From positions 323,206,001 through 323,270,000 of the forward strand of contig OZ024742.1 in the NCBI GenBank assembly GCA_964016885.1: a DNA stretch of 64,000 nt, given 5' to 3'. Source of the DNA: Eledone cirrhosa. Its lineage: Eukaryota. Under the pieces are notes generated by a model. That model worked only from the letters and a program-made list of their open reading frames with translations. It was not told where the DNA came from and did no database searches. Of this stretch, positions 14,206 to 28,600 are shown one piece after another. The stretch's first letter is position 1. The number at the start of each line of letters is the position of its first letter. The translations under genes and the position numbers were made by a program.

Positions 14206-16166
14206 CCCTTTCGTTACCATATTTCTAACCAAAACTTGTAAAACTCCCTGCTCTACATAATGCAACCTTGCAGAATGCACATTGGAAAGTTGTTTCAACA
14301 GACCTTCCACTAGGAGCTTTCCTTTTTTGATGAAGGCATTCACGACACTGCCTTTTGCGACCCTCGATTTTTTTTTTTTTTTTTTTTTTTTTTTTCTAAT
14401 TTATGGAGATCGGCTGAATTCAGAGGGATATCTCTCTGCCAGGCTTTGTTTTTTCTCCCTACAGTTATTTTTTTTTAGGAATAACCAGCTCTTAATTGTG
14501 TTGCTATATCTGCTCGAAACTGCAGATGGTCGCATCGCTTTCGAGCCGGTCCCGATTTGGTATATAGTATAAACGCATTAGTAATACTCATATTTACTAT
14601 ATACCAAACCAGGTATCGCCACCATTTATTCTCCGATCTGCCAACTGAATAATAAGACATCATCTGATTCATCCGATCTACACCACCCATGTACCTATTA
14701 TAATCGAGATTCACAAATGGGGTGCCATTTTCATCCACATGTGGCCGTGCACAGGTAGACAGAAAATTGATCTGCCTCTTATCTCTGTATGCAGTCGCTA
14801 GCAAATTTCCTTTCTGCCGTTGAATTATTTCACCTTTTTTTTTTTTATTTTGCTTTTTTTATATCCAACGGCAGTCTTTTTCTATTAGCGATCACTGTAG
14901 CACATGTATGTGTTGCCACAGTATCTAAATTCTCCGCAAGTTTGACCGAACTGAAAAACCGGTCAAAAAATAATATACGGCCCTGGTTATGGTATGGAAG
15001 TGATAAATTCCAGACCACATCATACCCTAGGCCATGCTGACTTGCATAATTGTCTCTTGCCAGTATAAAATACAAATCCAGAGCAGTACCCAGTATTCGA
15101 TTCGCAAATCTTCCAAACTTTGATCCCCCATTTTGTGGGCTTTCCTGGCATATATTGTCAAAAACGCACTCGGCCTTTATAGCCCACCATACCCTCATCG
15201 ATAGATAAATATCTCCCTGGTTTGTAAACTGTTTTATATGTGTTTTGAACACAATCAATGAGGGGTCTTATTTTAAATAAGGAATCATAGTTTGGTTCTC
15301 CACGTACTGGTGTACTGCTCGTGTCTCTTACATGTAAATACTGCGTCACTTTTAAAAACCGTGTCCTCGTCATTATACTTGAGACAAGGGTTCATCGGTA
15401 CTCCAGTAATTTGTAATTCTGGGTAGCTTTCTAATGCCCATAATAATATTTATGGCAAAATAAGCTCTTTCATTTAAGCTTGTGGGAACCACAAACTATC
15501 CTTTTTTTCGCTTTGTTTACTTTCAGCGTAACGGTTTGTTGCCGCCGTAATAATTTCAAACAAGCTCATAGGAAAAAGTAAAAGGAAATAGTCTAAAGCT
15601 TTGCTCTCCTGGGATAGACTGTGACTTGGTCCAGTTTCTTCATAAAAATCACTGAAAGAAACAGTTTTTAAATTTTTACTCCATTCAGGTGCCAATTCAT
15701 TTTCTTTATCGCTGTCATCGGAGCTCTTGGATTCACTGCTTTCACTTTCAGAAAATGAAACATCAGATTCATTATCAAGTACCACGTGCTTTTTTTTTTC
15801 AGTTAGAGGGTTAGATTTTTCACGGTCTTCAGTAGAAAATCCTTCGAATTCTGACTCGCTGCTTGACTGAATGAAATTGGTATCCATTTTTTGTCAGAAT
15901 TAAAAATTTTCAAAACACAACAGGAACAAATTTGGAAAAAAGTCTCCCAAAATTCACAGAATTAAAATAACCCGTCGATATTTGTCCAAAACTGTAGCTC
16001 AATTGTTTATGTAGTATAATCACGTGTTTTCACGAATGTACTAATGAGATTTGCTCTGATATTCTCATTTAAATATGAATGTGTGAGTACGGGCGGTTTT
16101 GGGCGGCTTGGTCACATGAACCAAAATTTTTTTCGGGCGGCTTTGGGCGGTTTGGTAACGAAAGGG
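14206..16166 (-). mobile_element. piggyBac transposon, TIR-bounded but decayed (PGBD4-like transposase)
   Basis: TTAA at 14202-14205 and 16167-16170. Perfect 14-bp TIRs CCCTTTCGTTACCA / TGGTAACGAAAGGG. Four subterminal GGGCGG repeats at 16091-16150. Confidence 0.95.
14475..15887 (-). pseudogene. Frameshifted piggyBac DDD transposase
   Basis: ORF pieces encode an acidic N-terminus, MTRTRF…SIDEGM, FFDRFFSS and YNRYMGGVDRMNQ…KWWR. There are several frameshifts and no Cys-rich C-terminal domain. Confidence 0.92.
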
Positions 16167-19100
16167 TTAAGAACTTCCAAACACCAGCTTAATAATGACA
16201 AAGTTGGTAATTTTACTAAATTCTCCAAAATTCTTAATTATTTGAAAATCAGTGTTTTTCATTAGGAATACAGTAAAGAAAGAGTTAAACCTTCCTATGT
16301 AAAACTCAGCCGTTTGTTATGTTATTCATATTGTGATTGAGCTACCTGATGTATTTATTCAATGATTAATATTATATAGTTGTGGTTCACTATCAAATGA
16401 CATCAGCTGAATGTTATTTTTGTGTAATAGAGAGTGTTTGTCTCTAGATACTATGTGGGAGAAGTAACAACATATATTTGGTTTTAAGTCTTTTCAACAA
16501 AACAATACAATGTACAATTGTCACTCTTTGGCATTGATAATTCATAAGTCAGTCAATCATTTTCAATGAACTGTTGATCTGCAAAATAGAGAGAAGACAT
16601 GAACAAATACATTGACTTAGCCAAGCAGCCAATTGAGCTTCCATGTGGTCACCTGTTCTGCTAGAAATACTAGTCAAAATTTTCTTCAAATCATTACTAT
16701 TAAGGACATGAACAAATATTGACTTAGCCAAGCAGCCAATAAGGAATCCTGTATGCAGTCGCTCAAGCTGCTTGAAATACCAACCAAACCTCCTTCAAAT
16801 TACATAGTATCATTGAGAACATGAACAAACATTGTTTTAGCTAACTCAATAACTAGCAGTGACCTTAAAATAACACTCTACTATCTTAGACAAAGACGCA
16901 TTGGAAATTGTGGTCCTGATTGTAGGAAAAAGAAGGGACAAACACACATTGCTTTTGATCATAGGCCTGCTCACTGCAGACTGACCTGAGGCTAAATAAC
17001 CATTTAATACATGCTAAGATTTATTTTTTCTTTTGTTCTATCTCATACCTTTGCTGTGGTTTTGTTGGGTTTATATTAATGTGTGGATGTTGTCAGTGTT
17101 AACCTGTTGACACTCATTTGATTGCTAATAAAAATAAAACAGCATTAACTCAGTATTGTACAACTAATTTCATGGCAACTACCTTGCCTCTTAGTGCAAA
17201 GGTAAGCTGCCAGCTAGCTATATAAACAACCCAGTTTTCTGTCCTAATTACAACTGTTTCTTCACCTAGATTGGATGGTACCTTTAACATTTTGATCTTG
17301 CTCTCCAACCTAAATCTGCAGTTTTCTGATGTAAGAAACCATTACTGGGCATCTTCTTACTAATCAGTAGCAGTGGTGGCATATTACAGCTATTGTATTG
17401 GATTTTTGTGTCCTATCTACACACAGTAGAATCTTATAAAATCATTCTAAAATTTAGATTTAGATTTCATGAAGTACAATTAAAAGTAAGACAACTTTTA
17501 AAATGGTTTCATTAATGCCAGAAGTAAACAATGGTCAGAATTTTTTTTTTTTTTGTCAGGTGGCGAAGGGCATGCCCATGATCCTTTTCATCAACTCTAG
17601 GCTTGTTGGAAGGGGTTATAAGAACTGCCTAAACAGTTTTTAAAAAAACAAAAAATAAAACTGATACAAAATTTATTCTTTAACCAAGTTTATAGTTAAG
17701 ATTGTTACAGCAAAATTCAGCAAAATTCTGTGCTGTCAGCAATGATGAATGCTGTCTGGGCAGGGATGCTAAAATTAGGATAATGATTATTTGAAGTGAT
17801 TGAACTGCCAAAAAAATACATTGTTGTGATAAGCTGTTAACATTTGAACATTTTGCCAAGCAGTTTTATCAACTAAATTTTCTATTAGTTTCTTTATTGA
17901 CTGATCTAAGTTGTGTTTAATTAGCCAGATGTTTTTTGTTTTTAATGGTTCTACATATCAATTAATTCTTGTGTCATGAGATCAAATCAGACTGCAGTGA
18001 ACTTTGCTTTATCGGTCTTCTGGAGTTGAAATTAATCAAGTATTCGGGTCTTATTTAATCAACTGGATGCTCCTGCCTGTCCTCTTATTTATGGCACTGG
18101 GCTCCAATATTTTGAAAGAGAACAGCACCTAAAATAAATGGTGATTGTAAAGGGGGTGAATATTTCAGCTGACACTTAGGTTTAGCTGGTCTCCTATGAG
18201 GTTGCATCTCAGATATTTTAATGATTGGGACCTCAACATGAAACGAAGCATCTTGCTTAAGAACACAACTCTTCACCTGATCCAGGAATGGAGCCCACAA
18301 CTTTATGAAACACTGGGCCACACACCTTCACATAATCTGGATAATAAATAGCCTTTAACTGCACATAGTTAATGTATCTAGGAGTTAGACCAACAGTCTC
18401 AAACTCAGATTCAAGAAGGCCAATACATTTTGGGGGGAGAGGCACAACAGGTCAAAAGTGAGGTAGAGGTGATTTCTACCAGTTATAATGCTAACCTGCA
18501 ATACAGCTGATAGGCTGCTGGGTTTTTTTGTTTTTTTTGCATCAAAATGAATACACATATTATATAGTAAGAGGGTTATATGAATTAGTACAAAATGTAT
18601 GTGGGACACATTTATCTTAATTTCGTTTTTTCTTCTAGTAAATTCCCTTTTTTTTCTGCTTTTGATACCCCTCCCCCCATTTTATTTTATTTCATGGGTA
18701 AATTATTGCAATAAATTGTACTATAGATATCAAAGCATTTAAAGTCATGAAAATTGTTCTGCCAGCCACAGACTATTATAGAGAAGTAGTTTGCAAGCTG
18801 CATCTTTGTGACCCCTGCATTAGACTCTTCTAAGGCAGAAGGGATGAAGGGGACAAATTCTTATATTTCCCCCCTTATTACAGAGAACCTAGGGCCACAT
18901 TATCCAATATGTCCCTATTTTTTGTATTGTTAAGATGTTTTTTGTATTGTTGGACTGGTGATCATAAGGTCCTCGATTCGATTCCTATTTCTTGTTTTTT
19001 TCGCCATAAGAAACTTGCTCTTTTTCTATAAATGTGTAACATGAGAACATCTAGTTTTAATGTATGATGTGGATGTAGTTCTGGTCTTTTATTTTTTTGT

Positions 19101-21569
19101 TATCTTTGATTCTTCTGGGTTCACTGTGACATTGAGACACATTTTGTAGTGACATAGCCTAAATTTATACCAAGGCATGGGCATTTTGATAAATTTCATA
19201 GGATGTTTATTTTATTTTATGTATTTGTGTGTGTGTTCCAAAAAGGATTACTAACATCTATTGTTGCAAAATACATTGTTATTCAGTAGAACAAATAAAA
19301 TTGTGGCATGATTTCTCCAAGATAATCATGTCAGTTCTTGTGCAAACTTGCCAATGTTTTGTTTGTTGGTTGTGAATGACCTAAATATTCTAACCACATC
19401 CATTAACAATAATAGTTAAGGGCATCATTTTTCAATCTTCCTTCTTTCTTTATCTTGCTGTTTACCAGGATCTGTTTGCTTTGTATTAGTGTTACGTAGT
19501 TGTACAAAATATAAAACTGTGTATACCCATCCACACACAAAAATAAATGTACTGATCATTAACTCTTTTACTGTATTTTTAATGAAAGTCATTGCCTATA
19601 ATTTTCATTTCATTTTGGGAAAATAAAAATTTGGCGAGATCTAGTAATATAATTAACTTTCTCATTATTAAGTTAGTCTTTGGCACATAACATAGCAAAT
19701 AATTGAGAATTCCCATAGTTTAAAAGGCGCTGGCTTTTCTCCTTTGGGTTAACAGCTTTTTTTATTTTAATATGGGAAAATATCTTTTCCATCGAAAATA
19801 TATTCAGTAATACTTGTTGAAAATTAAGATTTAAAATTGAAATTGGGCTTGATTCAGACTACATAAAGAGAAACCAGGATAGGATAGGCAATTTGGATTT
19901 TAGGTGTTTTATACACATTTTAAATTACAACATTTTAGCAGAATGAAATTAAGTTATTTGGGCCAAGATGAGCCCTGTATTAAGAAGTAATAATAGTAGC
20001 AGTGATTAATAAGATTCATTGTTGGGAGTTTTATATGGTGTGGCCTAATTAAATGTCTCATTACCATAAATTCAGCTCACAACCAGGTGTGTATCATTAA
20101 ATTTGCACGAAAACAAAAAATAGCTAGTTTACCTGGCCAATCAAGTTTGATTTAATTTAACTGGTTATTAATAAATCTTTGTTTTGATCAGCAGTAATTT
20201 GACATTCACCTACCTGAAGTGTTTTTGTTGTTTTTTTTTTTAGCTACAAGCATACATTCACAGGAATGCTAACTGGGGAAGGGAGGGAGACTTGTTACAT
20301 AATAATAGATAGGCATTAAACGATGATGATTGCATATCTTCCACGCTAGTGTGAGATAAGTTTGTCCCACTTGAAGCAAGTTTGGCTGGGTAACCGTATC
20401 TCGCTCATATAGAACTGTTTCTGGTTGGTTTTCTACGGCTGAATGCCCTTCACAGCGCCAACCACATTTTCAGTGTGGACTGGGTGCTTTTTGTTGTGCG
20501 CTGTTACATTTATTAATTAGTTGCAATTAGTAGAACTATATAATTTTAGCCCTTTTGTGTGAGCTGTTCATCATAATCATCATCGTTTAATGTCTATCTT
20601 CCACGCTAGCATGGGTTTACATTTATTAATTAGTTTCAGTTAGTAGAACTATATAATTTTAGCCCTTTTGATACCAAACATCTTGAAACCATCCTTGGGT
20701 ATATGATACGATGATGATATATTTATCAAAGACCTAGCACCATAATGTTATGTTCAATGGTACTCCAATTGTGACTATCCCACCTTTCCATTTTTAAAAG
20801 GTTGATGTTAGGATTATCTTATATTATCTTGTGAAAGACACTGCCTATCATTTTCAAATCATTTTGAAAATATTTAATAATATAACTTTCTCATTATTAT
20901 GTTGGTGTTTGTAGCATAACTAAACAAAGGTTTTTACATAAAATAATGATGGAAGGTTTTTAGATAAAATAATGATGGAAGGTTTTTAGATAAATAAAAA
21001 TACTTAGCTGTATCAAAAGGGTTAATCCATGTCACACATCTATTATCAGAGGTGCTCCAGCTGTGACCATCCCATTTGACAAAACAATAACAATGTTTAA
21101 TTATTGTTCAGCTTGCTAGAAATATGTCAAACACATCAAGTAAAAAATAGATCACTATCATTTTCCATGTTTTCCATACTGGCATGGGTTGGGCAAGTTG
21201 TCGCAGCCTGCGACGAGGCGAGTCAGGGAACCACACCATACTGTGTGTTCCATATTTTGGCATGGTTTCTATGACTGGATGCTCTTCTTAATCCCAACCA
21301 CTTTACTGCATATGTTTTATCATCGCACTGGCGCTAGAGGTCATGTACTTGGCAAGACTGCAGCGTTCTCTCTACCCTACATTATTTCTGTTTGTTTCCA
21401 ATATAAATTTGTACATTATAATGTATGACAAGAAATAGGGCATGGTTACACATGACTGTGATCATATCTCCTGGATCATAACTGACCTGTGGTTAAACAA
21501 CAACAGCAATGTTTGAACAGTTGCAGTTGTAACTACTGCAGACAGCAACACCAAACTGTCTTGTGTGGC

Positions 21570-22650
21570 TCCATTTCAGTAGTACATATTTAATTTCCCT
21601 GAGTCTCTACTATTTGAGGTCAGCTCTCAACACCTGTCCAGGTCTTTCTTGGTCTACCTCTACTGCAGCTTCCATCCTCTTGCATTTCCAAGCAACCTTT
21701 CACCCACTGATCATCATCCATGCACATCACGTCTGTACCAATGCTGTCTTCTCTCTTGCACATCACCTCAGATTTTTCTTAGATCCAGCTTTTCCCTCAG
21801 TTCATCCAAGCTCTGCTTTTCTCTCATATTTATATTGCACATCCAACAAAGCATGCTTGCTCATTCTAGCTATTATGCTCTTGGAGCACTGTCCTCCACT
21901 GCTGGTTAAATCACCTGGATAGCAGGATCTGTCAACCACTTCTATGGCCCCTTCTTCTGACTTGAAGAGGTTTATATCACTGCCACTCTTCCCTTTGATT
22001 TCTCCTGTGCATCTTCTACATACATAGTCTACCTGTTATCCCATTACATCTCTTGTGTACCTAAGATTTACATTGAATACATTGTATGGAGTTTATGCCT
22101 ACTCCTCTTCTATATATGGAACAGGACCACTTCCCTAAGGAGATCAGGGTCTTGTCTTTTATACTCACTAGCACTTTAGTTTTGGCTAAGTTTACTCCTT
22201 TTGATTCCAAATTCTAGTTCTTTTATGGATGTGGTTATAAGGACCGAATCATCTGCATAGAGAAGTTCCCATTGACAGCCAGTTTTAAACTCCTGTTATG
22301 GCCTAGAGAACTGATGAACAGCAATGGGCCAAGAACCAAACCTTGATGTACTACCTGTACCTTGAATTCCTCACTAAACTCACTTCCTACTCTCACTTTG
22401 ACGGCTCTATTAATGACTTGCACTGCTTTCATAAGCCATTTTTCTACATCTAATTTCCTTAAGGACCATCAGATAATAGACGGAAGTATTCTGTCAAAGG
22501 TCTTTTCTATATGAACAAAGCTAAATATAGTGGCTTGTGGTTGCCTCACTAAGAAAGAGGGCATCTGTAGTATTCTTCTCAGGCATGAAATCGAACTGTA
22601 TCTCGTCTAGTTTTATTCCTTCCCTAATTAGTTGTGTTATAACTCTTGTC
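21570..22650 (-). mobile_element. Decayed RTE-clade LINE reverse-transcriptase fragment
   Basis: Encodes KVRVGSEFSEEFKVQV.HQG.VL.PLLFI and W-E-L-L-Y-A-D-D (YADD at 22248-22259), with frameshifts. Confidence 0.85.
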
Positions 22651-25600
22651 ATCAAAACTAGTGTCAGTAATGCATTTAGAGCATAACTATAATGTTTTGA
22701 TTTTATTAATGATAGAAAGATAAATTACGATTGAAAAGTTGGGGTAAAAAAAATCCGAAAGATTTCACTTAGGTGACTGGGCAAGCCATTCAGAAAGCTC
22801 CATGGACTGCAGGTTGCCCATGACTGCATTAGGTCATGTGTTCCTAGGTACATTGTATCTGAAAAACTGGCCAAAGCTAGAATGCTTTTTGAGCCTCTTG
22901 TGATCTCTCAATTCACTCAAAGGAAAAATGCCTCACTGCCTGAAACTAGGAAAGACTTACCAAAACAGGTAAGATCGTTATGGCTTGAATGAATATGATT
23001 CGGGGCCTGTCTAGTGCTAAACACTAACAACATTTGAAAAAAACAAACTGTTCAAGACATTTTTTAATAATCCATTTAAGTATGAAACTTTTAAACTGGA
23101 CAGTTTTGTATCAGCTTAAACAAGTCAGAAAACTGCAATAGAAATGTGCCACTTTCTCAGAAATGTTTTCTTAACTGAATAACATCAGAAACAAAATCTA
23201 GTTTGAGTTCTGAATAGTTAGCATTATATTTCCACTTTCTTATGGCGATCTATTAAATTTCTAGCAAATCAAAATACAATGCTGTTACATCCTGAAGCTA
23301 TTTCAGGATATATCAGACACATGCATGACTGTGGACAAGTGAATTTCGTAGACAGAAACTATAAGGAAGCCTGTCATGTGTGTGAGGGCATGTTTGTCTC
23401 TTCACTTCTCTCCTCTTCACATTTAGCACATGGCTTAGTGGTTAGAATATTGGGCTCACAATCATACAGCCATGGGATTGATTCCTGAACTGTGCTAGAT
23501 ACTTATTTCATGCTGCTTTTCATTAAAACATCTAAGAAATCTCAGAGGAGGCCAACTAATTCTGTATATGGATAAGCAGTAAATTTCATTCCATTTAAAG
23601 GTATGAGTTTAGGGGAATTTAGCTGTTATTTCTAACAAATTGAGCAACCATGTAAGGACTCCTTTGGGGTATTGAAATTTTTCCTCGGATAATCAAGGAT
23701 TGTATGCTTAATCCTTCCAATGGTATGAAACCCCAGGTTTGTTGAACATTGAGAATTGTTTGTAACTAATGAGTGGTTTTGAATTTGTATTGAAATTTAA
23801 ATTCTGTCAACTGAGAATTTGTTCATTCCAATGTTCTCCTTAATTATTTTGAACCAAGCAGCTCTAATTAAGAAGTAACTGTTGACAACTGATTTTAACC
23901 TTTTTAATACCAAACTGCCTTTAGTTCTATAGTACAAAACTATTTTAAAGTGTTTATATTTATTCAAAAACCTTCCATCATAATTTTATGAAAGAACTTT
24001 TATTTTCCAAACACCAGTTTAATAAGGAGAAAGTTATAATAAATCTGCCCAAATATTTGATTCTTTTCCAAATCATTTGAAAAATTATAGGCAGTGTTTT
24101 TCATTAGAAATATGTTAACAAAAATGTTTATATTTATCTAAAAGGGTATTATTTATCAAGTTAAGCAGCACAAGGACTAAATCTTAAGGAAAATTGTTTA
24201 ATTCTACTGCTTGTAGTATGAAGAAATTAGATAGGTATTTCTATTATTCCAAGTCTAAAGTTGTTACACTAGTCAAATCAGTTATGGTTTTCCTACTGCT
24301 GGGTAAAATATTTTTCTGATTTGAGTTTCTGGTTTCCAATTTTTGTGGATTTAACTTTTCATTTTATTTATTCTTGTCTAGTTTATTTTTGCCATCTCTT
24401 AGATTCCATTCAGCTTTCTTTTTTTTTTCACTTATGGTTGGTCATTCACCATTTGAACATGTCCAACTCAATACCATTTCAATGACTTTATAAATCTGGC
24501 AACATCTATCTCATTGTTATATTGGGCAGTAGTAACCCTTTCATGGCCATATTTCTAATGAAATGCACTTTATTTCAATTAATTAATGAAACCTTTAATT
24601 ACCAAAGTAGTTATATCAATACTGAGCTAGTAATTTAACATATAGTTGGAAGATTTTAATTTGAACAGGATCTCTTTAAAATGGGTTATTTTATTTTCAT
24701 AGAACCAGGGCCAGTCAAGTTTCTAAATGTTCAGTTCTTCCAAAATACTTTAAAAAAAAAAAAAAAAAAAAAAAGTGTAAATGAAAAATGCTATGAATCT
24801 CCAAACCAGCTTTACACTTTGACATAGCACAACATAAATCTTTCATATACTTTACTTTAACCCGTTTGATGCCATTCCATCCAAAACTAATTCTGGTTCT
24901 ATAAAACAAAACCATCCCTTTTAAAGGGTCTCTATTAAAAAAAAAAAAAAAATCTAACAAAATTTGATATAAAAACCATACGGTTTAGTAATGAAATAAT
25001 TAATGATTTTAGTAAATCCCTCCAAATTTTTGAACTTTTAATGCCATGTTCCACATGAAACTACATTACTTCTTTGCTCACTTAGTCTTGGGAGTCATGG
25101 TTGTAGTCTTTAAGCACACCTTCCAGTGGGTCCAATTGCTCCGGTTATATCTCCAAGCAAGACCAATCAAGCCCATGGATGTTATCTAAACATCTTGTTC
25201 AGAGTTACCCCGGGTCTCCTGGTGGTTGGTTTTGCCTGTCCAGTGATTCTTTCCTTAGACATTCAGGCCACATATACAGGGTATTTCTCAATTCGGTTAT
25301 CAAGAAAAGGGAGGTCAGTGTAAAAGCCAAAATTGTCTTCTATTCAGTATTTGTATCAACCCTTTTGTCACACATGTCTTGGTTAATGACTGAAAGTAAC
25401 TGAAATGGGGTTCCTCTGAAGGGGCTTTGGAATAATGTTACTCAGAGATTAAGGAGTTGCTCCAGGTAGAGCAAGACATTCTCGAAAAGTATAAAACATG
25501 ACTTCATTACATCTAATTTTGCAGATTTTCACAATGATCTGCTTTTGATATTTTCTACTAAATCATTACGTTGAAATATGGTGCATATCATTAGATATAT

Positions 25601-28600
25601 GGTCATAAAAGTTTTTTCTAATTCTATGATGGGTTGTAATTAAACCACCATATCCATCCATATGTACACTTCCTTGTTCTTTGACCCCAGACCACATCTG
25701 TCAGACTTATGATCAAAGGCATTCATTCCAGGTGTGATCATCCCAGATTTTTTTTTTCATAGTGTTTAGACCTATATTATCTTGTGTGTTACCTTGGGTG
25801 TGGTTTGAGAATATGTGACGGCTATTTGTAGCTAGTCAAACTACTGCAGAGAGAATCCCTCAATTCTTGTTTTCAAAATTATTTGAAAATCATAGGCAGC
25901 ATCTTTTATTTGAAATATTAAATGAATTTTACAGTTCACATTTAGCTGATATCCTATAAAGTTGTCTCGGGTTTCTTGGGTGTATTAATGAAAGGGGCCC
26001 TTGTCCTACCACAAAAAGCAACATGAAACGAAGCATTTTGCTCAAAAACACATGCCGTCTTGTCTGAGAATCAAACCCATGATCTTATGATCATGACTCC
26101 AAAACCCTAATCATATGCCTTACTATTAGAAATATGGTAATGGAAGGGTTAGAATAAACAGCTTTGTATCATAGAACAAGGGGTGGTTTCAAGCAGTCTA
26201 GTATCAAAGGTTGGAGCTGTTTTTACAAAACACAAAATTCAAAGATAGTGTTGTTTAAAATTTTTGTTTGTGTTGTATCTTGATAATAATTGGTGCCAGG
26301 AAAAGGGTAGTTTGAAGTCATAATAAGCAAGCAGGCCACTGAGTATATGTCTAAATAAAAAAAGCAACAACAAAAAAACCACAAAAATGTTAATTATATA
26401 CTCAGCTCACAGAGCTTAGCTCCACTCCAGTCTCTGCAAGCAAAGCGATTGATTGTGTGCACCATATGGCTAATTTATCTAAATTGTTATTGATGTTTAA
26501 GTTAGTTCTGGTAGTTTTAATAGTCAAATTATGAATATGCACTTATTCACTCATGCTCTCACTATCACCAATATTATTGGAATTGTATTTTTAACATTAT
26601 GAAAAATGTTGGCTATCTTAGAAATATGTAAGTCTGTAGATCTCTTAAATAATTTGTAAATCTTTAATGTTTAGTGGGCAATTCAATTATCTCTGCAAAA
26701 AATGGTTTTGTTTACTATGAAAAATTGTTTTTTAAATGTTTTAGTGGGCCAGGGTTTTGAAGGCATAAGTTTCTTTTTTGTGTTCAGATCATGGTCTTTT
26801 GCATAAAATAAGTTTGTGATCAATATGAGACAATGCTATCTGTAGTGAATATTCTTTGTTCAAGATGCATTGTCATAACACTTACAAATTATGACCCACC
26901 CCCCACATCTTGAATTGGTCCTATCCAAATGTACAACCAGAGAGAGACAACTTTATTAATTGGTATGAAATCACTCACAAACTCTAAACTCATTCCTAAT
27001 GTCAACACAATGACCTCTAATCCTTAGAGCTGGCAGGTCTTGTGCCACTTCCATTCAGGCATTTTTGACTCTCATGTTTCTTTTTATCACCCATATTGTG
27101 TCCAACCCCATAAATGTGATTATGGTGTTTGTCTCGCAATCATGTTCCTCCAGTCTGTTCATTTTACATCTGCTTTCCATGCTTGTTTGGGTTGAATGGG
27201 TTGTCATGATCTGAGGGTAGACAGGGCTCCCCTATCATCAAAACAGCCAAGAAACCTCACGGGAGGCCAGCTAAATTGTATAAGTGTGGGCTGTAATTTT
27301 TTTTTTTCCATTTCAATTTTGCATGTAGATCATCATCACCATTACCACCATCATCGTTTAATGTCTATCTTCCACGCTAGCATGGGTTTAGATATAGATA
27401 TGTATTCAATACTCAAACATATGCTCCAACATGTATAGCCCCACAGGAACCCATAAGCTATTAGTGGCAGCTGTTTGATTAAGAATATCCCCCCCCCCCC
27501 CCATGTACAATCTCTCTCAATATACAGTCCCTACTGCTATAGATAGGTAGGTACTGGCTGTGTTCGATGGCTGATTGACTGCTGGTGCTTTTAGCCATCT
27601 GTAATTTGGCTTGACTGGTATAAAATATCGGAAATATGTTAAGGGGTACTCCTAGTTTTTGTTGTATTTTGACACCAAACTGCCACGTACTGTCTGTCTC
27701 TGGTCATCATCATTATACATCTGTTTTCCCAGCTACCAAGGATCTATGATATTGTTTTAAAGTGTTTATATATATCTCAAAATCTCCCATCATAATTTTA
27801 TGTAAGAGCATTTAAAGTTATGTTCTAAGCTTATTAATAAGAAAGCTAGTTATATTACTAAATCCCTCCAAATTATTAAAAAATCATTAGCAGTGACTTT
27901 CATTAGAAATATTGTAATGAAAGGGTTAAAAAGTTTCCCTCTTTCTCTGTTGTTTGTTTATATTTATATACACGTATATAAATGGCTGTTGCCATTGTGT
28001 TTAACTTCGGTGTGCTGACACTGCAGTATTTGTTGTTCATAAACTAAGCCATATGGTAGCCAGTTGTTACTGTGTAATAGTAGTAGTAGTATTTTTTGTT
28101 GTTACTGTGTGTTATTCATGCCATTCGGGGGGGGGGGGGGTGCTCGACTAAGTGATAGCAGTTCCGAGAGGGAGTTTGCAACTTAGGTGTTCATTTATGG
28201 CTGTAATGGTGGAAGTTGGTGATGGTGGTTGTACAACTATTTTCTAATGTGTGTATGCATGCTATTTATTATTATTAAGGTGAGAAAGGGTGGTTATGAC
28301 ATGCTTTGTGGAGAAAGGTATTGAGGACAGATGAAATTTCTTAACTGGGGACGAGCACATATCCCCCCCCCCCTTTTTTTTTTTTAAAATAAATTTTAAA
28401 ATGATTTTTTAAAATATACTTGGCTTGTTTGTATGTAAGGTTAAGCTATATTTTTTAATAAATTTAAATGCTAACCTGTAATTATAAATATTTCCCTCTA
28501 ACATTCCCAGCTGAAATGGGATCAAATACAGTAATTGCCTACCCTATATATATATATACTCATGTAAAAAAAAACAACACTTTTTTCCACAAAAATACAT

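Noticed and set aside
14475-15887. Domesticated PGBD gene or LARP1-PGBD fusion
   Set aside because: It has multiple frameshifts, lies antisense to LARP1, retains TIRs and lacks the C-terminal domain.
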